DNA from: Amphiscolops sp. MND2022
Lineage: Eukaryota
Direction of reading: 5' to 3'
Assembly (NCBI GenBank): GCA_964187785.1
Contig: OZ076409.1
Location: forward strand, 68,450,001 to 68,514,000
DNA length: 64,000 nucleotides
A program made the translations under genes and the position numbers. Positions 1 to 13,811 of the stretch are shown one piece after another. How positions within the stretch are numbered: the first letter of the stretch is position 1; each line of letters begins with the position of its first letter. A model generated the notes under the pieces. The model was not told the origin of the DNA and did no database searches. It saw nothing but the letters and a program-made list of their open reading frames with translations.

Positions 1-462
1 GAACATAAAAAAGCCCTAAAATTACGCTAGCTCATGAGACGTATATTTGCTTAGCTAAACCATTTTCTCCTGTTTCAAGTTTTTGGGGCTCGAAGCATCT
101 GAAAGATTTCCAAGTTTGACAAATGTAAATGTTTCTACGGAAATACATATTTCCTAGTTTTTGAGGTTGTACTCATTCTCAGTTACTACGTTGCTGATGT
201 ACCGATAGCTCGAAGTAACTACCAATTTTTCATCAATCAATCACAATGAAACAGACATAAAAATGTCCAAGCAAGTTGTTTGCAAGAGTTTTTGGGAAAA
301 CCCTCACATATTTTTCCAGTGGAAATAAAACCTCCTATCTTCAATGGATTTCCTTTCAGCAAAAAGTTTTGGGAAACAAAGCGAAACGAATTTTTTTCTC
401 TTTTTACTTAGAAAAATAACGAGGCAGGATTCGACCGAGTAATTTCACCAATTGTCATTTAG

Positions 463-793
463 AAAATTAACAGTTTTGACATCAAAGTGGTAACACTACC
501 ACCTGATTTCAAATTCAAATATGACACTCTTAAATTATTTGCAGGATTCATTCTCGCAATTTGTTTATTTTGATGGAAACACCCCAACTATAACTATGCT
601 AATATTGTACCCAAAAAGTCCCCACATTTCCACATATTTGATTGTTATTTAGGAAATAAACAGTTTTGCCGTCAAAATGGTAGCATTCCCATCTTATTTC
701 AAATTCAATTACGACACTCTCAAAATATTTGCTATCTTTAAATATTTGTTCTCGCAATTTGTTCATTTTGATGAAAACACCCCAATTATAACT
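463..793. repeat. Degenerate two-copy direct repeat, period about 190 bp
   Basis: AACAGTTTTG..TCAAA.TGGTA.CA...ATTTCAAATTCAA...TTCTCGCAATTTGTT.ATTTTGATG.AAACACCCCAA.TATAACT occurs at about 463-595 and 655-793. Confidence 0.8.
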
Positions 794-1722
794 CAGTTAT
801 AATTCATGACTAAATCCAAATCTCACATCAAACAGCTGCTCTCCGGCTACATTTGATCTAATGAGAACAAACCACGAAATTTGTAGCTACTCAACCACTC
901 AAAAAAATTTTCAACCGACATAGGTAAGCGATTAACAATTAATATCAATTCTCATTTCCGATAGAAAACGGGACGAGAACGTCTCAAGTCGGCAATCCTC
1001 TCAAGGCTCGAAAAGTGTAAAGTCTTTGTAAAATAATCAGGGCAATTTCCAAGAATTTCTAATCAAATTTGGGATCGAGAAACTCTTTTCTCTAACTAGA
1101 ACGATTGAAAAACCCAAAAATTTTTCGAAAAATTTACTTTCGAAAAAATCGCACGGTGCTTTTGATCTTCGAAATTTGCGTACATGAATAATAATTTTTA
1201 GATCTACGCCGTATTTAAAGACCCATTTTAACTTTCAAATCAAGTGGTGGGTCGTTGTCTTAAAGTCAGTTCAAACTAGACAGGAACCGCTCAAAGAAGC
1301 CGTTTTATAGAATTTCTGAAAAATCTCAGTCCTGGAAAATGCCAATTGGGCTTGAAGTATCTATTTATATAAAACGTTAAGAAACCAAAGGCACTCTTTT
1401 GTGGTAGGAATTGTTTGAAAAAGTCACACCGGGCCAAAAAAAAACAAAGTTAGTGTGAGCTTGGAAGCCTAAAATTATCTGCTCATTCAATTCGTCTAGT
1501 TGAAGGCAAACAGCCTTGGGAAAAAGTAAAGCACACGGATATGAACTAAAAAGCATGTAAACTTTAAAAGGCACTAAATGTTGTTCAAATAGAAAGAACT
1601 GAACAAACGTTGCCTGAATTTTCACATAATTACCGATGTTCTCCGATTTGAACTATCAACGAACCACGACTTTCTAAACCTTTATTTCTTAAACATAATA
1701 GAAGTTTTGTTTGATGTCCTAA

Positions 1723-2284
1723 TTTTTAGTCGGCTCTTCTCTTAAGAAAAGAGTCAACTCTAGTCATGGTTTTTCGTCAGTGATTTTTTTCGATACACCT
1801 GAAGTGACCAAAATAGTTCTACCAAAAGTTCTACAAAATTTAAACGAAGGCGCTAAATTGTACCGGTTGGCCCAGGGCACTGAACCAAAAAGGTTTTTCC
1901 TGTTTTCCGCGTAACCTACAATACCGGGCGAGACTAAAGGATCTCCCTTTCAGTTTTTTTTGGTATTGTGAGCTTTTTTTCAAAAAAAGATCCTCAAGGG
2001 GTGTCGACTTCATTCTTTTGGAGTTTTGCGACAGAATAGATGTTGAAAAATCCCAAACTTTTTTTTCAATTATTATTTTTTCACTAAAGGGTCCTCCCTT
2101 CAATATTTTTGATGATTTGCGACCAAATGGATGAAAAACCTCAAAACGTCCCCCTCGTGCGCCAATTCAGTCCAGCTTTTGGGTTTTTCCGTTACTCTAG
2201 AAGAGAATGCTTTGACACTTTGAAGTCCTTTTGCTATTTTCGAGCCTTAGATATGGCGCCGACTTGGGCCGGTCCCAGCTTGTT
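1723..2284 (+). mobile_element. Non-autonomous Helentron/HINE (DINE-1-like) element
   Basis: 5' end is TTTTT-AGTCGGC followed by a short inverted repeat (CTCTTCTCTTAAGAAAAGAG). 3' end is GCGCCGACT (subterminal inverted repeat of the 5' motif), then a GC hairpin and TTGTT. The same termini recur elsewhere in the window. Confidence 0.65.
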
Positions 2285-2302
2285 GACATAGTAACTGCTT
2301 AT

Positions 2303-2548
2303 TGTTCTATTTCTTGGTTTGGATAAGAAAACAAAAGGTTTTATCTAAAATCTATCTTTAACTCAAAGTATTGTCAAACGATCTTTCTCTAACGCAGCTA
2401 TCTGTATCAAATGATATAGTTTTGGTGTAAAGCAATAGTATGGTGTTTACAAACATGTAAAAACATAATCTTGGTAGCTCTAAGAAAGGATCTAAGTTTG
2501 ATTGACAATGTCACCGAAATATTGGTCCGGTATGTGTACCGTATAACA
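2303..2548 (-). repeat. 3' LTR of element 2303-8173
   Basis: Matches 7928-8173; adjacent to the polypurine tract. Confidence 0.95.
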
Positions 2549-2709
2549 TTTCTTCCCTTCTGGATCTAATTCGGCTATTTTTTCGACGTTCCGGGTGTTG
2601 GGGTTTTCTCTCGGATGAAGTCCGCAGGCTCCTTTGTCAGTGGTTTGGGGGCTTCCTTTCGGCTGGTCCATTTTTCTGCTGTATTGCCTGTAACATGAAA
2701 TTTTTTGAT

Positions 2710-5700
2710 TTATACCCAAAATTTTTTTGTATAAGGAATCCCCCCGTACCTATTTGGTTGTTTGCTTTCGCGGTTGGACCGTCTTATTTTTTTATCTTCG
2801 GTTATTTTATTACTTGTTTGTTTCTCACCCGTATTTATCTCACCATCCGTGTGTAGGTTTAACTCATCTTCGGGGGATGTGGCAATTGGTTGATATCCGA
2901 CCGTCTTTTCCGGAGGTATCATGATTTTTGGAGTAGCTTTCTTCGTCTTCTATTTCACCTTCCTCGCTTTCGGAGTCAGATTCAGTTCGCTGATTTTGCA
3001 CTATCTTCAGCTTTCCGTTTAGTACATCTCTCAGGATTTCGTTCCATTGGATATATTTGCCATCCACTCGTCTAAGGCAGTGTCGGTTCTTTGGAGTGAT
3101 GGTGTCTCCGATTTTCGATGCTATCTTTCTTTCTGAAATACAATTGGGTCCGAATTAAATTTTTGGTGAAATGTTTTTCCGGTATCGGTAGTTACGGTGA
3201 GTTCTGTGCCGTTCACCGCGGTTTGTCTATATTTTTGAAATCTTCCTTCTAGTGATTATTCATTGTGTTTTTTTTTCAAAGAATTGAAAATATTTACCAA
3301 CCGAATTTTTTTTCTTCGGTGATTTTTTGGTTCGTTAGTTTTCTTCCGATTTTTTTCGGGCCATAACGATGTGGTTGGATACCTCTCCATCACCATTTCT
3401 GGTTACGTTGATCGGTATCTTTGGCCGATTGTTTGCTGAAACAGGTAGTTCACACCAATTAGAAAGGAAAGATTTTCCGTCCTTTATTATATTTGTTAGT
3501 TCGGTTCGTGGTTTACGACCGTGATGTAGTTCCAACGGTGTCGTCTTTAATCCTGTATGTATTGTAAACCGCATGACGTTTAGCGCTCTATTTACGCATT
3601 CGGTTAGACATGTGTTGTCTTCCAAGTTTGCGGTAAATAGATTCTTCAGTGTTTGTATTGCGCGTTCTACTGCTCCCATACCGGTATGCACCCTCGGTGT
3701 ACTGTATTCGATTTCGATATTTTTCGCGTTGCAAAGTTCTTTATATTATTTTGATATAAAGCCCCCCCTTTATCCGTTTTTATTTTGTCCGGTATTCCGT
3801 ATATATTGAAATTTTGTTTCAAGAAGTTTATTACTTCTTTGGTTTCCGACGATTTGCAAATTTTTGCGGTTGGCCACTTACTAAACCTATCTATTGCTCA
3901 TAGCAATTGGTGTTCCACGTTTAATTTATTGTTGTTTAGTTTACTAGCGAAATCAATTCGAATTTCTTGTCCTGGTTCCGTTAATGTCCGAATTCGTTTT
4001 TCGGTAATTGGTATTTCAAATTCTTACCCGATGACATGCAGGCCACGCAGTTTTTTGTTTTGTCTTCGATTTCTTTCTGCATGTTCGGCCACCAGAAAAT
4101 TTTGGCTTCCGCTGTCATTTTGGTAGCTCCGGCGTGTCCGAAAGGTAAGGTGTCCAGCAGTTTCTTCCGTAGTTCGGTTGGTACTACTATTCGGTCGTCG
4201 TTAAACGTCAGTCCCCATTTATTGGTCACTTTTTCGAATGCGGTTCGGTATTGGTCCGGCGCCGTGTTTTTCTCGCCTCTTCGCATTGCATCCCGTACGC
4301 GGTTTGGTTCAGCGTCTGTTGAGGATTTTGCAATGAGCGTTTTTAGGTCTAATATAAAGTTAAACTCGGCTTTCTTGATGGTGTCTTCGGTGTTCTTATT
4401 CTAGCCAGTGGCTTTCTCGATGACCTGTTAATTTGTATAAATTGGATCTCCTTTCAATCTGTATTGTAGGATTTTAGGTCGACGACGGGAAAATTATCAC
4501 CCCGAATCACTTGGTTCTCTTCTTCTTTTTCTTGTTCGGTGTCCTCGATGTTTTCCGGTTGTTGAGGTTCTTGCTCTTCTTCCACTCGATCTTCAAGGGG
4601 TTGGTATCCCCCGCCGATTCTATTTGCTTTGGTCAGTAGTTCGCCATCAATCTCCGCAATTTCTTCGCAGCTTCCTTTCTTCGGTCTTGATGGGACCCAA
4701 ATTTGACTCTGTGCATTTATATCAAAATTTCGGCGCATTGTCCCAGGTCGGGAAATTTCTAGCCGTCTTTCCACTAGTCGGAGGGTTTCGGGGCTTTTCC
4801 TTCGTCTCCTTATAATTTCCATGATTTCGGCGGTTGCGCCCCAGTGGAAGTAATCTCAATCCATTTCGTTCTTAAACAAAGGTAATTCTTTTGAAAGTTT
4901 GGAAGTTTGAAAGAGATTGAATTTTGAATTTCGGGTTGGACTTTCCGTTTTAGCTTTTTGTCGGCGTTTGACCGGTGCGCTTTTCGTTCGTTTGTGAATT
5001 TCGTTCACGTCTCGGTTTTTCTCGAATGTTCTGTTTCGATGTGATTGGTTGTTTACGTTCTTTTCGGTTCTTTTTTGTTCTCTCCGGCGCGTTTTGTGAT
5101 TGGTCGGCGAATAGTGTTCCGTATTTTACATTTAATTCAGCTTGTTTGAGAGGATGTTAATTACGTATTGCTCGTCGTATACGTCTTCGTTCGTTGCTTT
5201 CTCTACCGCATTCCTACTTAGAAAGTCGGTAGATTTTAAATTGTTTCCTGCGATATGTTGGATAGCAATATCAAAGTGTGCGAGTCGGTCTGACCATCTT
5301 GTTAGTTATGCGCTGTATTGTCTATTGCACCGATTTCTTTTAATTAGAGGTTCAAGAGCTTGATGGTCGGTATATAAGAAGACATTCTTTCCATATAAAT
5401 GAAATCGGAATTTCTCTAATCCCCGAACAACTGCAAGTAATTCTAATTCTCCGATCGGATAATTCTTTTACTGTCGTTTAGGTATCTGCTACCGAATGCT
5501 ATCGGTTTTATTTCTCCATCCGACTGTTTCTGCAATAATGTTATTCCGAATCCGGTTTTGCTAGCATCGGTTGTGACAATATTTTCTCTGTCTTTTGCAT
5601 AGTGGGCTACGCAGGGTTCTTCAGTTAACATCTCTTATATCTTGTTAAAATCTTCATCTTGTTTTTTTCCCAGTTCCATACCGAGTCCTTTTTCAGGAGT

Positions 5701-7878
5701 CTCCGGAGTTTTTTTTCGATAGTCTCGGTAGGAACTTTGCGAGATATTGTATCGCGCCGAGATATGACTCCAGTTGTTTTTGGTTTACCGGGTGTTTCAA
5801 ATCCAATATTGCTTTTACTTTTTCTTTATTCGGTTTGATTCCCGTTTCGTCAATTTCATGTCCGAGCATTTTTGTTTTGTTTAGAAAAAGTTCGAACTTT
5901 CTTCCGTTTGCTCGGTATCCCGCGTCTTCTAATTTTTTAAATACATCAAACAATTTGTTTTCGTGTTCTTTTCGGTTGCCTCTAGTTACTACAATTATGT
6001 CGTCGAGCCATGCTGGTGTTGAGTATTCCAATGTTCGGTCAATTTTTTCTTTGAATTTTGTTGGGATGTCGGCCAAACCGTAAAATCCCTTTTTAAATCG
6101 GTAATATCCGCTAAACTTTCCTCCCGTTATTGCGAATACACATTGTCGGATTGTTTCGTTTGACAGTTTCATCTGGCCATATGCATAGTCAAGATCAATT
6201 TTGGACATCAATAATTCTTTCGTTCAGTCTCTTGTGATTCCTACCGAAATTTGGTTTAGCAGTTCTTCCATATTCGGCATGTGTGGTTGGATTTTAATGC
6301 AGCTATCATTCAATTTTCTCGAGTCTAGTGCAATTTTAACCGACTTATCGTTCTTTACCGTAATTACCACCCGTGAAACAAAACAGTCTTCATCTACGTG
6401 TTTTACTTTCTCCAAGTGTCCGGTTTTTATTAATTTCTCCAATTCTCTCTCGACGTCTTTTTGTAAGTGTAGTGGGCTGAATCTTGTTTTTTGTTTCACC
6501 GGATAGTGGCCCGGTTTTAGTTGGATTTTGATCTCGGTATCCTTTATCGTGGTATTGTTTCCAAATAAGTCCGGGAATTTTTCGATTACTCGTCTTTTTT
6601 CTGATTGGTTACTATCCTGTATTCGGATGTTTTCGATTGTTAACTTGATTTTTTTTCATCCAATCCATTCCGAGTAATGGTGTGATATCGTTTCTTTCGG
6701 TAATCAGAATTTGCATTTTTTGTTTGTTGTTTTCGTATTCGATATCAGCCGGTATCTTTCCCCGGAATTTTACTTCGTTTTTGTTCACATCTTGGTACCG
6801 GTGTTTCGCTTTCTGTATCTCGGTTCGTTTCATTATGTTTTCATCTACGGGCGTTATCGAAATTGGTGATCCGGTATCCACTATGAATTCTTTTTCAATT
6901 CCGTTCACTTTTACTGTTGTTGTTAGGTATTTGTTTCTGTCGGTGATTCTGTTTATTTTCTCATTTCGATGTATACTCGTCTCTGATTCGTCAAATTCTC
7001 CTCTAATTGCTTCTGGCTCTTCTTCGGTGATGTTTCGTACTTTGCATTTGTAATTTTCTCTCTGTCTGCATACGCGTGCGAAGTGTCATTTCCTTCCGCA
7101 GTTATTGCAAAGTTTTCCCAGTGCCGGGCATTTGTGAGTGGGGTTCCAATTTGGTGCGTTACAGAGTTTGCATAGTTTTTCGTTGATGGTTTTATTCTTT
7201 AGTCTTGTGTCTGATCTTTCCATTTTTAGTATTGGTTTTTCTTTGATTTCTTTTTCTCGGTGTGTTATCAATGCTTCCGGTATAATATTTTTCCGGTTTT
7301 GTCTTTAGTATGTGTTCTGTTTGATCATTTCAATTGTCTTCTTCAATTCCAGCTTTTTCTCTTTCATCAGTTTATCTCGGAGTTTTGTATCCGTAATTGC
7401 GGTCATGAATTTTGAAATTAATAAATCTTCGGCTGTCATCCTTCGATTGCGCATTCTTTTTCTGTTTCTATGAGTCTCCGCCAGAAGTCTTCTGGTGTCT
7501 CGGATTCGGTCTGTCTTGTCCAAAAGAATTCCCCCCGGTTGTGGTAAATGTTCCGCTTCGGTAAGATTTATTCGTTAAGTTGTCGGACAAGGTATTTTAC
7601 CGCTATTTTGTCGAATTCTGTTTTGTATTCCGCTGGTGTGATTTGGTATAATGCTTCGGAGCCGATTTCCCATATGAAGTCTTCTTGAGTTTCGGTTTCT
7701 TTTCCGGACCAACCGGTTTGTGTTATTTCGGCTCCCCGTATCATTTCGGCGATATCCATTTATGTTTTCTCTTGGTGTATTGCCGAAATCTTTCGAGCCA
7801 TTGTTTCGGAGTGAAAATTTTTTTCCCGTCTGATGTGGCTTCGAAGTTCGGTACTTCGATTTTATTTTCTTCTGCCAT
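2710..7878 (-). pseudogene. Fragmented gag-pol of Ty3/gypsy element
   Basis: Fragments carry the Gag zinc knuckle (CKLCNAPNWNPTHKCPALGKLCNNCG), protease (FIVDTGS), RT (KIDLDYAYGQ...FYGL...WLDD), RNase H (VTTDASK) and integrase (GHAG...CVAC; GAVERAIQTLK). Many stops and frameshifts. Confidence 0.93.
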
Positions 7879-7927
7879 TTTCTTTGTTGCAAATAGAATT
7901 GGGTAATTTAAGCTGCTGACTGTGCCT

Positions 7928-8173
7928 TGTTCTATTTCTTGGTTTGGATAAGAAAACAAAAGGTTTTATCTAAAATCTCTCTTTAACTCAAAGTATTGTC
8001 AAACGATCTTTCTCTAACGCAGCTATCTGTATCAAATGATATACTTTTGGTGTAAAGCAATAGTATGGTGTTTACAAACATTTATAAACATAATCTTGGT
8101 AGCTCTAAGAAAGGATCTAAGTTTGATTGACAATGTCACCGAAACATCGGTTCGGTATTTGTACCGTATAACA
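7928..8173 (-). repeat. 5' LTR of element 2303-8173
   Basis: Matches 2303-2548; adjacent to the PBS-like sequence and upstream of the gag start at 7878. Confidence 0.95.
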
Positions 8174-9172
8174 CTTATAAGTTTGAAGTATAATTGCATT
8201 CAACCTATCTGAAGGATACTAAATGCTCACTGGGTAATAAGGTGCTGCTTTCTCGAGACCAAAATTTCTAAAAAAAATCAATTTCCTCAGAGAATTAATT
8301 CTTCACCTATTTTTGTTCAATGAGAAGTTATCGTTTAATCGAAAACGTACTTTTTATAAGGAAAAACTGACATTCAATTTTGAAATATAGTCGATTGACG
8401 TCTCGAAAACGTTGAGAAAAACGCATAAATTAATATTCAAGCAAATAAACATCGAAAGCTGTAATCTAAGAGGCAACTTTTCATCTTATTACTCAGATTT
8501 GTGGCTATAGGCATCTTCCATTCGTTGCTCCTGCTTTATATAATCGAATTGTCGAATCAAGTTGTCGAAAAGTGACAAGCACATGGCAGTCGATGTTTCA
8601 TACATTTTCATGAATTTCATTCTACTGAATGATACATAACAAACAAGCCGTGTTTTAGTTGGTGCTTCCAATGGATAACGCAGACTATAGTGTGGTCTTT
8701 TAAATACCAATCGATCCAACAGTTTTGTTAATAGGTTTGCGAAATTTCTGATTATGTTTTCTCAGCACTTGCCGCGTTGTTTACTGATTAGAAGAGAGCG
8801 TGCCTCGAATGCAGGAGATGGTTGTTCCAATCCCGCCCAGAAGGGAAAATCGTTTTTCATGTTTGCTAGATTTGATTAGGTCGAAGGGTACAGCAGTAGG
8901 GTATTTTAGAGCATTGCTACTTTTACCGAGTTTCTTTTTTTATTCCTATTTGGGTCCTCTATTTGAGTTTTAAACTCAATTATTTGGGACGAAGCGTTTT
9001 GCGAGCCTAAGGGCTCCTCGGTGCACTATCTATTTACTGGTTAAACACTCATTCAATATTATCCAACTTGAGCGAAGGTCGAATTTCGATAAAAAATTTG
9101 ATTGGAAATTCCCATTTCAAATATGAATCGAACTCATACTAAAAACAAATTATATTTCGCCGACAGATGTTC

Positions 9173-9314
9173 AATTGTTTGTCCGGTGTACCTTTTGGCC
9201 CTGAGGTTACTGCGAATTTTGGTGTGGGCGGGGCTGGGAAACAGGAGTACACGGGCTCACATCCCGCACTAAACTAAATGTTTTTGGCTACACAGGTACA
9301 CCGGACAAATAATT
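9173..9314. mobile_element. Small MITE-like element with 21-bp terminal inverted repeats
   Basis: AATTGTTTGTCCGGTGTACCT (9173-9193) and AGGTACACCGGACAAATAATT (9294-9314) are reverse complements with 1 mismatch. Non-coding interior. Confidence 0.7.
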
Positions 9315-10949
9315 CCCCTATGGGGTTCTTTTTTTTGGTTTGGCATTGTGCAATTTGTTTTGAAAATCTGTGATCCAATTGAACTATGTGAGCCCCTAGA
9401 GCTAATGTACAACAAGGGGTGAGAGAGGTTCCCCCTTGACTCTTACACCTTTTTACACAAATTTGAAAATTTGAATGAGATTAAATGGCCCCTCGTGTTT
9501 TTTTCCGGCATTGCACTTGTCATCGATTTTAATTTTCAGTAATGAAATCATTTTCGATCCGAAAGACAACTTTTCTTCTGCCGGAAAGGTTCCCCTTAGG
9601 ACTTTTTTCGTAATTGTACGTTTTTTATTTTTCTTCAGTTAGTGTGACTTCTATTTAGTTTTCTTTATATTATCATTGGTTTTCTATTTAATTACAAACT
9701 TCTGTATTTTTCCATAACGAACTAAAGACCCCAGAAAAACCGAAGCAGCGAACTTCTAGTGAAAATTTTTAAAAAATTGAACAAATAGCAGTCGAAACAA
9801 CCGCAGCTCTTTCACACAATTATAGAGAAAACTCTCATCAGTCCCACAGGATCAAAAATAACCAAAAAAAAGTAAACCTTAGGACTCGGAAAACGGTTTT
9901 GAATCACAGAAAACCTAAAAAACTGAAAGTCGTGTGAATATTTTTCAAAAAAGTTTCGGTAAGACTCACTGTGCTAAAAAACCTCCAGGGGACCTTCTGT
10001 ACTTGAAAAATGATGTTCCTTCTAAAATAAGAGGGGTTGAAAAGATTCTGGAAAAATGTCGCATGGTTACAAAAAAACCCAGAGGGTCCTTTGGCTTTTC
10101 CTTGTATCTTGCAAACATAAAAATTTCCGTCTAGCGCAGTATTCATTCAGCTGATTCCAGAGAAACGTACTCACTCACAACGTAGAGAAACTCACGTAAA
10201 GTGGCCTCCAACCTGGCTTATGAGTTACAGAAGATAGTGAAGAAACTTTTGGAGGAAACACTTTTTTTGAAAATTCTCGGCTGAAACTAAGCTTTTTCTA
10301 CTCTTGAGGAATTTGAGGCTCAAGAATAGCCAATGCACTATAAAAACGCAAAGAAGTACGAATAAAAGAAACCTTTGATTCATTTTAGCCCATTTTAAAA
10401 GGAAACACCTATTTAATTATTTCTGCGATAATTGGCCTTTTTCGTTTTTCGGCACCATGCGACTTACCGAGTAAAGAGAAAGTTTTCTAATAGAACTTTC
10501 GAAAAACATTTTTCGAAATATTTAGTTTTTGAGGTTTTCTGTAAAGGAAAATACTTCAACTCAATTTTCGTCTCTGTGTGTCTTTCCCAAACTTTCATTT
10601 GGTCGAAAGGTACCCCCTTGCTTTTTCAGCAGATTTCGACTTACTTGAGGAAAGCAGTTTTGCGAGCTGAAACTTGTTTCGCCATCATAGGATTTCACCG
10701 GAAAAAATTCACAAATTTGAAATTTTGTGATTACTGTTGGCGAGAAAGTGGTTTCCGAGTCTCAAGTCTACTTCTCGGCGTAATTTTTGGCAGTGAGAAA
10801 ATAGTAAAAACTTGAAATGAGGCTCTTTGCAAGTTTAAGGAACTTGAACAATCCCGATTTGTTATAATATTGCACATAGTTTACCAAAATTGTCAAAAAT
10901 TGGAAATATTTTCGACAACTTTGGGTTCCATTTGAGGAAGATTTTCAAC

Positions 10950-12800
10950 ATGAATCTACAGATGTCTCTTCGCAAATAAGCCTACTGGACACCGATTTTA
11001 GATGTTGTTGAATGTTCACACCATTCTAGCCCAGGAAGTACCTCGAAACAATTTCCTTTAGAAGGTGTATTCTCTATCTAGTGATTTTGCTTGGACCTTA
11101 TTGAATATTAAATAATGTGCAAATAAGGTCGAAATTTACGTTTTCAAAAGTTGTGCCAATAAACTTGTCGGATATCTTCCCGAAACGCTATCGGTAGCAA
11201 AATCGGAAGGTTTCACACCTTTGTTTGTTGTAAACTCGATGACTTTCATCCCTTTTATCCCTAATTGCGTTTTGAATACCCTATTGTTTCAACGCTCAGG
11301 TCAATGGAAGTTCTATTCAACAAAAATTGGGATTAATTTGTCAGAAAACCTGCTTTTCTGTTGTTTCATGGATTTTGGGGTGAGGCCATTTCCAACAAAA
11401 AATTGCAGTTATATCTTCAAAATTGTCTACTGAATACCAGAATTAGTCATTGCTGAGTCTTTTAAACCATTTGGTGCGAGGAAGTAGCTCAAAATTGTAA
11501 TGAAAACTGCCTAAAAATGTGAATAAAGTTGAAAAACTCAATTTTTGCATCGGTTGGTTCATTCTGAGGAAATTTTTATCCGCAAAGTATGCCAGTTTTT
11601 TCTGAAAAACGTGCTGTGCACCTAGTTTGATCATCTGGAGCTTTCCGAAGCTTTTATTCACCGAAGTTTCCCCATTGCAAATACAAATACCTCGGAAATG
11701 TGAGAGGTCGGCAAAAACTTCGACGTTTTTGACTTTCCTCGGTCAATTTTGAGCCATTTTCCAACCGAAACTGCAAATATAATCAAAAAGTCTTTTGGAT
11801 AATGAGTTCAATCTCTGTTGAACGATTGCCAACATTCTGACTCCAAAACGATTCAAAAAGTCATATATTTGCACAACAACGACGATGTCGAAATTTTTCA
11901 ACTGAATTGGAGTCTTTCTGAAGTGTTTTTTAGGCAAAAGGCTGCAACGTACTTCTCAAAATAAATTAGGTTATAACTCGTTCCTTCGTTGTAGGTTGTG
12001 TTGAAACTTATAACGAAATCTCTCGGAAATTGTACAGAAATTGCTTCCAAAACATCAAAAACTTGACGTCTTTCGGCAATTTTAGGGTCAATTTGAGGCA
12101 TTTTTTAAACAAATTGAACTTATGTTTTGACGAAAGGTCACCGACACAACAAGTTGTCCTATTGTTTAGGGGTTTTAACATTCTAGTCCACGAAGTCTAT
12201 CGATAGTTTGACAAGAATTGAACAAGGAAAATGGAAATCGGAAACTTTCATCTTTTTTGATGTCAATTCCAGACATTTTTGATTTGAAAACTGCAATTAT
12301 TTTTTCTCTAAACAATTTTGACAACACATTCTAACCTTGTTGACTCTATCAATATTCCAATCCACGATGTCTGTCAATAAATTGGGAAATATATATTAAA
12401 ATTATGAAAATTGGAAGATTTTTGATTTTTTTGTCATTTTCGGTGCTGTTTTGAGTCATTTAGAAAACTGGAATAAAATTTTCGGAAAAGGATACTGGAC
12501 ATCAAAGTTTTTCCTCTTGTCTGTTTTCAACATTCCAATCGACGAAGTTTGTCGACAATTTGACAAAAATTGCATAAACATTTTGAAAAATGGGGAAATT
12601 TCGGTTTTTTGTCTACTTCGGTGTCAATTTGAGATCCATTTCATTTGGTAAAAAGCAATTATCTCTTCATTGAAAATTATTGGACAAAAAGTTCGTGCCT
12701 TGTTGGACGATCTCGACATTCTAATCCTTGATATCTATAAAAATGACAAAAATTGCATTAAAAAGTAAAAAATTGGAGTTTCTCATTTTAAGGCCATTTT
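10950..12800. repeat. Degenerate tandem repeat, about 175-185 bp period where clearest
   Basis: CATTC(T/C)A.TCCACGA.GTCT...TTTGACAA.AATTG recurs at about 12177, 12352, 12529 and 12716, with weaker copies near 11023 and 11831. Confidence 0.6.
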
Positions 12801-13401
12801 AAGGTCATTCTGGGATGAACTAAAAAAATCCAAAAATCTCCACAAATACATATCGCATGAAGCTAAATTCATGTGAGTTGAATTCTATGGGTAACACCCT
12901 TAAGGTTAAATATGAATTTGGTCCTTGGCAAATTTTGTAAAAAAAACCGTTTGGTTTAAATATTTTACTTTCCCATATGGTATATGGGCGGAAAATAGTA
13001 ATTGCCAAAAATCATATTCAGTGCATAAATTGTGTTTCGCATGTTGAAATTATAATATACATGACTTCAGAGTTAGATAAATTGAGTGAATAGAGATTAA
13101 GTAAAATGGTAGAAGTAACGCAATATTTATTTGTAACGCATCTTCCGTGCTGCATATCGGATTCCCGCAGGGTGCCATTTTGTTCAGTGTTTTTCTTTTC
13201 AACTTATGGGCTGGAGGCGCTAACGAAGATGAGGTAATGAAAAAATTCAATTGGTCGATAAAACAATTTTCACTTTTTAATTGTTTTTTTTAATGGTTTT
13301 GGTTTTCGAATGTACCTTTATATTCGGTTTTATTGGGTTTTAAATGTAATTTGTATCAAGGACATTGATGTGAACATTTTGTTTATAGCTTCGAGTGAAT
13401 A

Positions 13402-13811
13402 ATGAAACAACGGTTATTTTCACTAATAACGCTTCTGGCATTTCTTCTGGGTTTGGTTGCCTATGACGTAATACCCTGTGGCGCTCCTAATGGTGAATGT
13501 GAGGTATATTGTGGATATAACTGCGACTGGTACACTTCTAACTACAATTATAACTATTGCTGCCAACTGGAATCCATTGACTACTCAAACGTCACAGACG
13601 ATGATGCATCCATTTTGGATTTATCAGGAATGCAACTATTCCTCGACAGGCTGCTTTGGGTTGATTTGAAACATGATTTTCCTAAAGAGAAAGTTCAAAC
13701 CCTAGTATTGTCAAACAACTCGTTTTATTTCCGCAACCTCAACAGCTTGTCTCAATTTGTTTCTCTTTTCCCCAATCTCACCAGCCTCGATCTGTCGAAC
13801 AGTGTCATTCC
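13402..13811 (+). CDS. Secreted LRR protein, coding exon 1 (signal peptide, Cys-rich N-cap, first LRRs)
   Basis: MKQRLFSLITLLAFLLGLVA hydrophobic leader, Cys cluster, LRR motifs VQTLVLSNN and LTSLDLSNS. Donor GTAAGT at 13812 (phase 2). Confidence 0.88.

Larger units (their letters stand above)
2303..8173 (-). mobile_element. Ty3/gypsy LTR retrotransposon (Mag-like), full length, decayed
   Basis: 246-bp direct repeats TG...CA at 2303-2548 and 7928-8173 (8 differences by eye). 5-bp TSD CTTAT at 2298-2302 and 8174-8178. PPT (minus-strand GAAGGGAAGAAA) at 2549-2560. Degenerate PBS at about 7912-7927. Internal gag-PR-RT-RH-IN order on the minus strand. Confidence 0.96.

Noticed and set aside
8770..8845. 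tRNA-like sequence
   Set aside because: Only degenerate box-like motifs; stems cannot be formed confidently.
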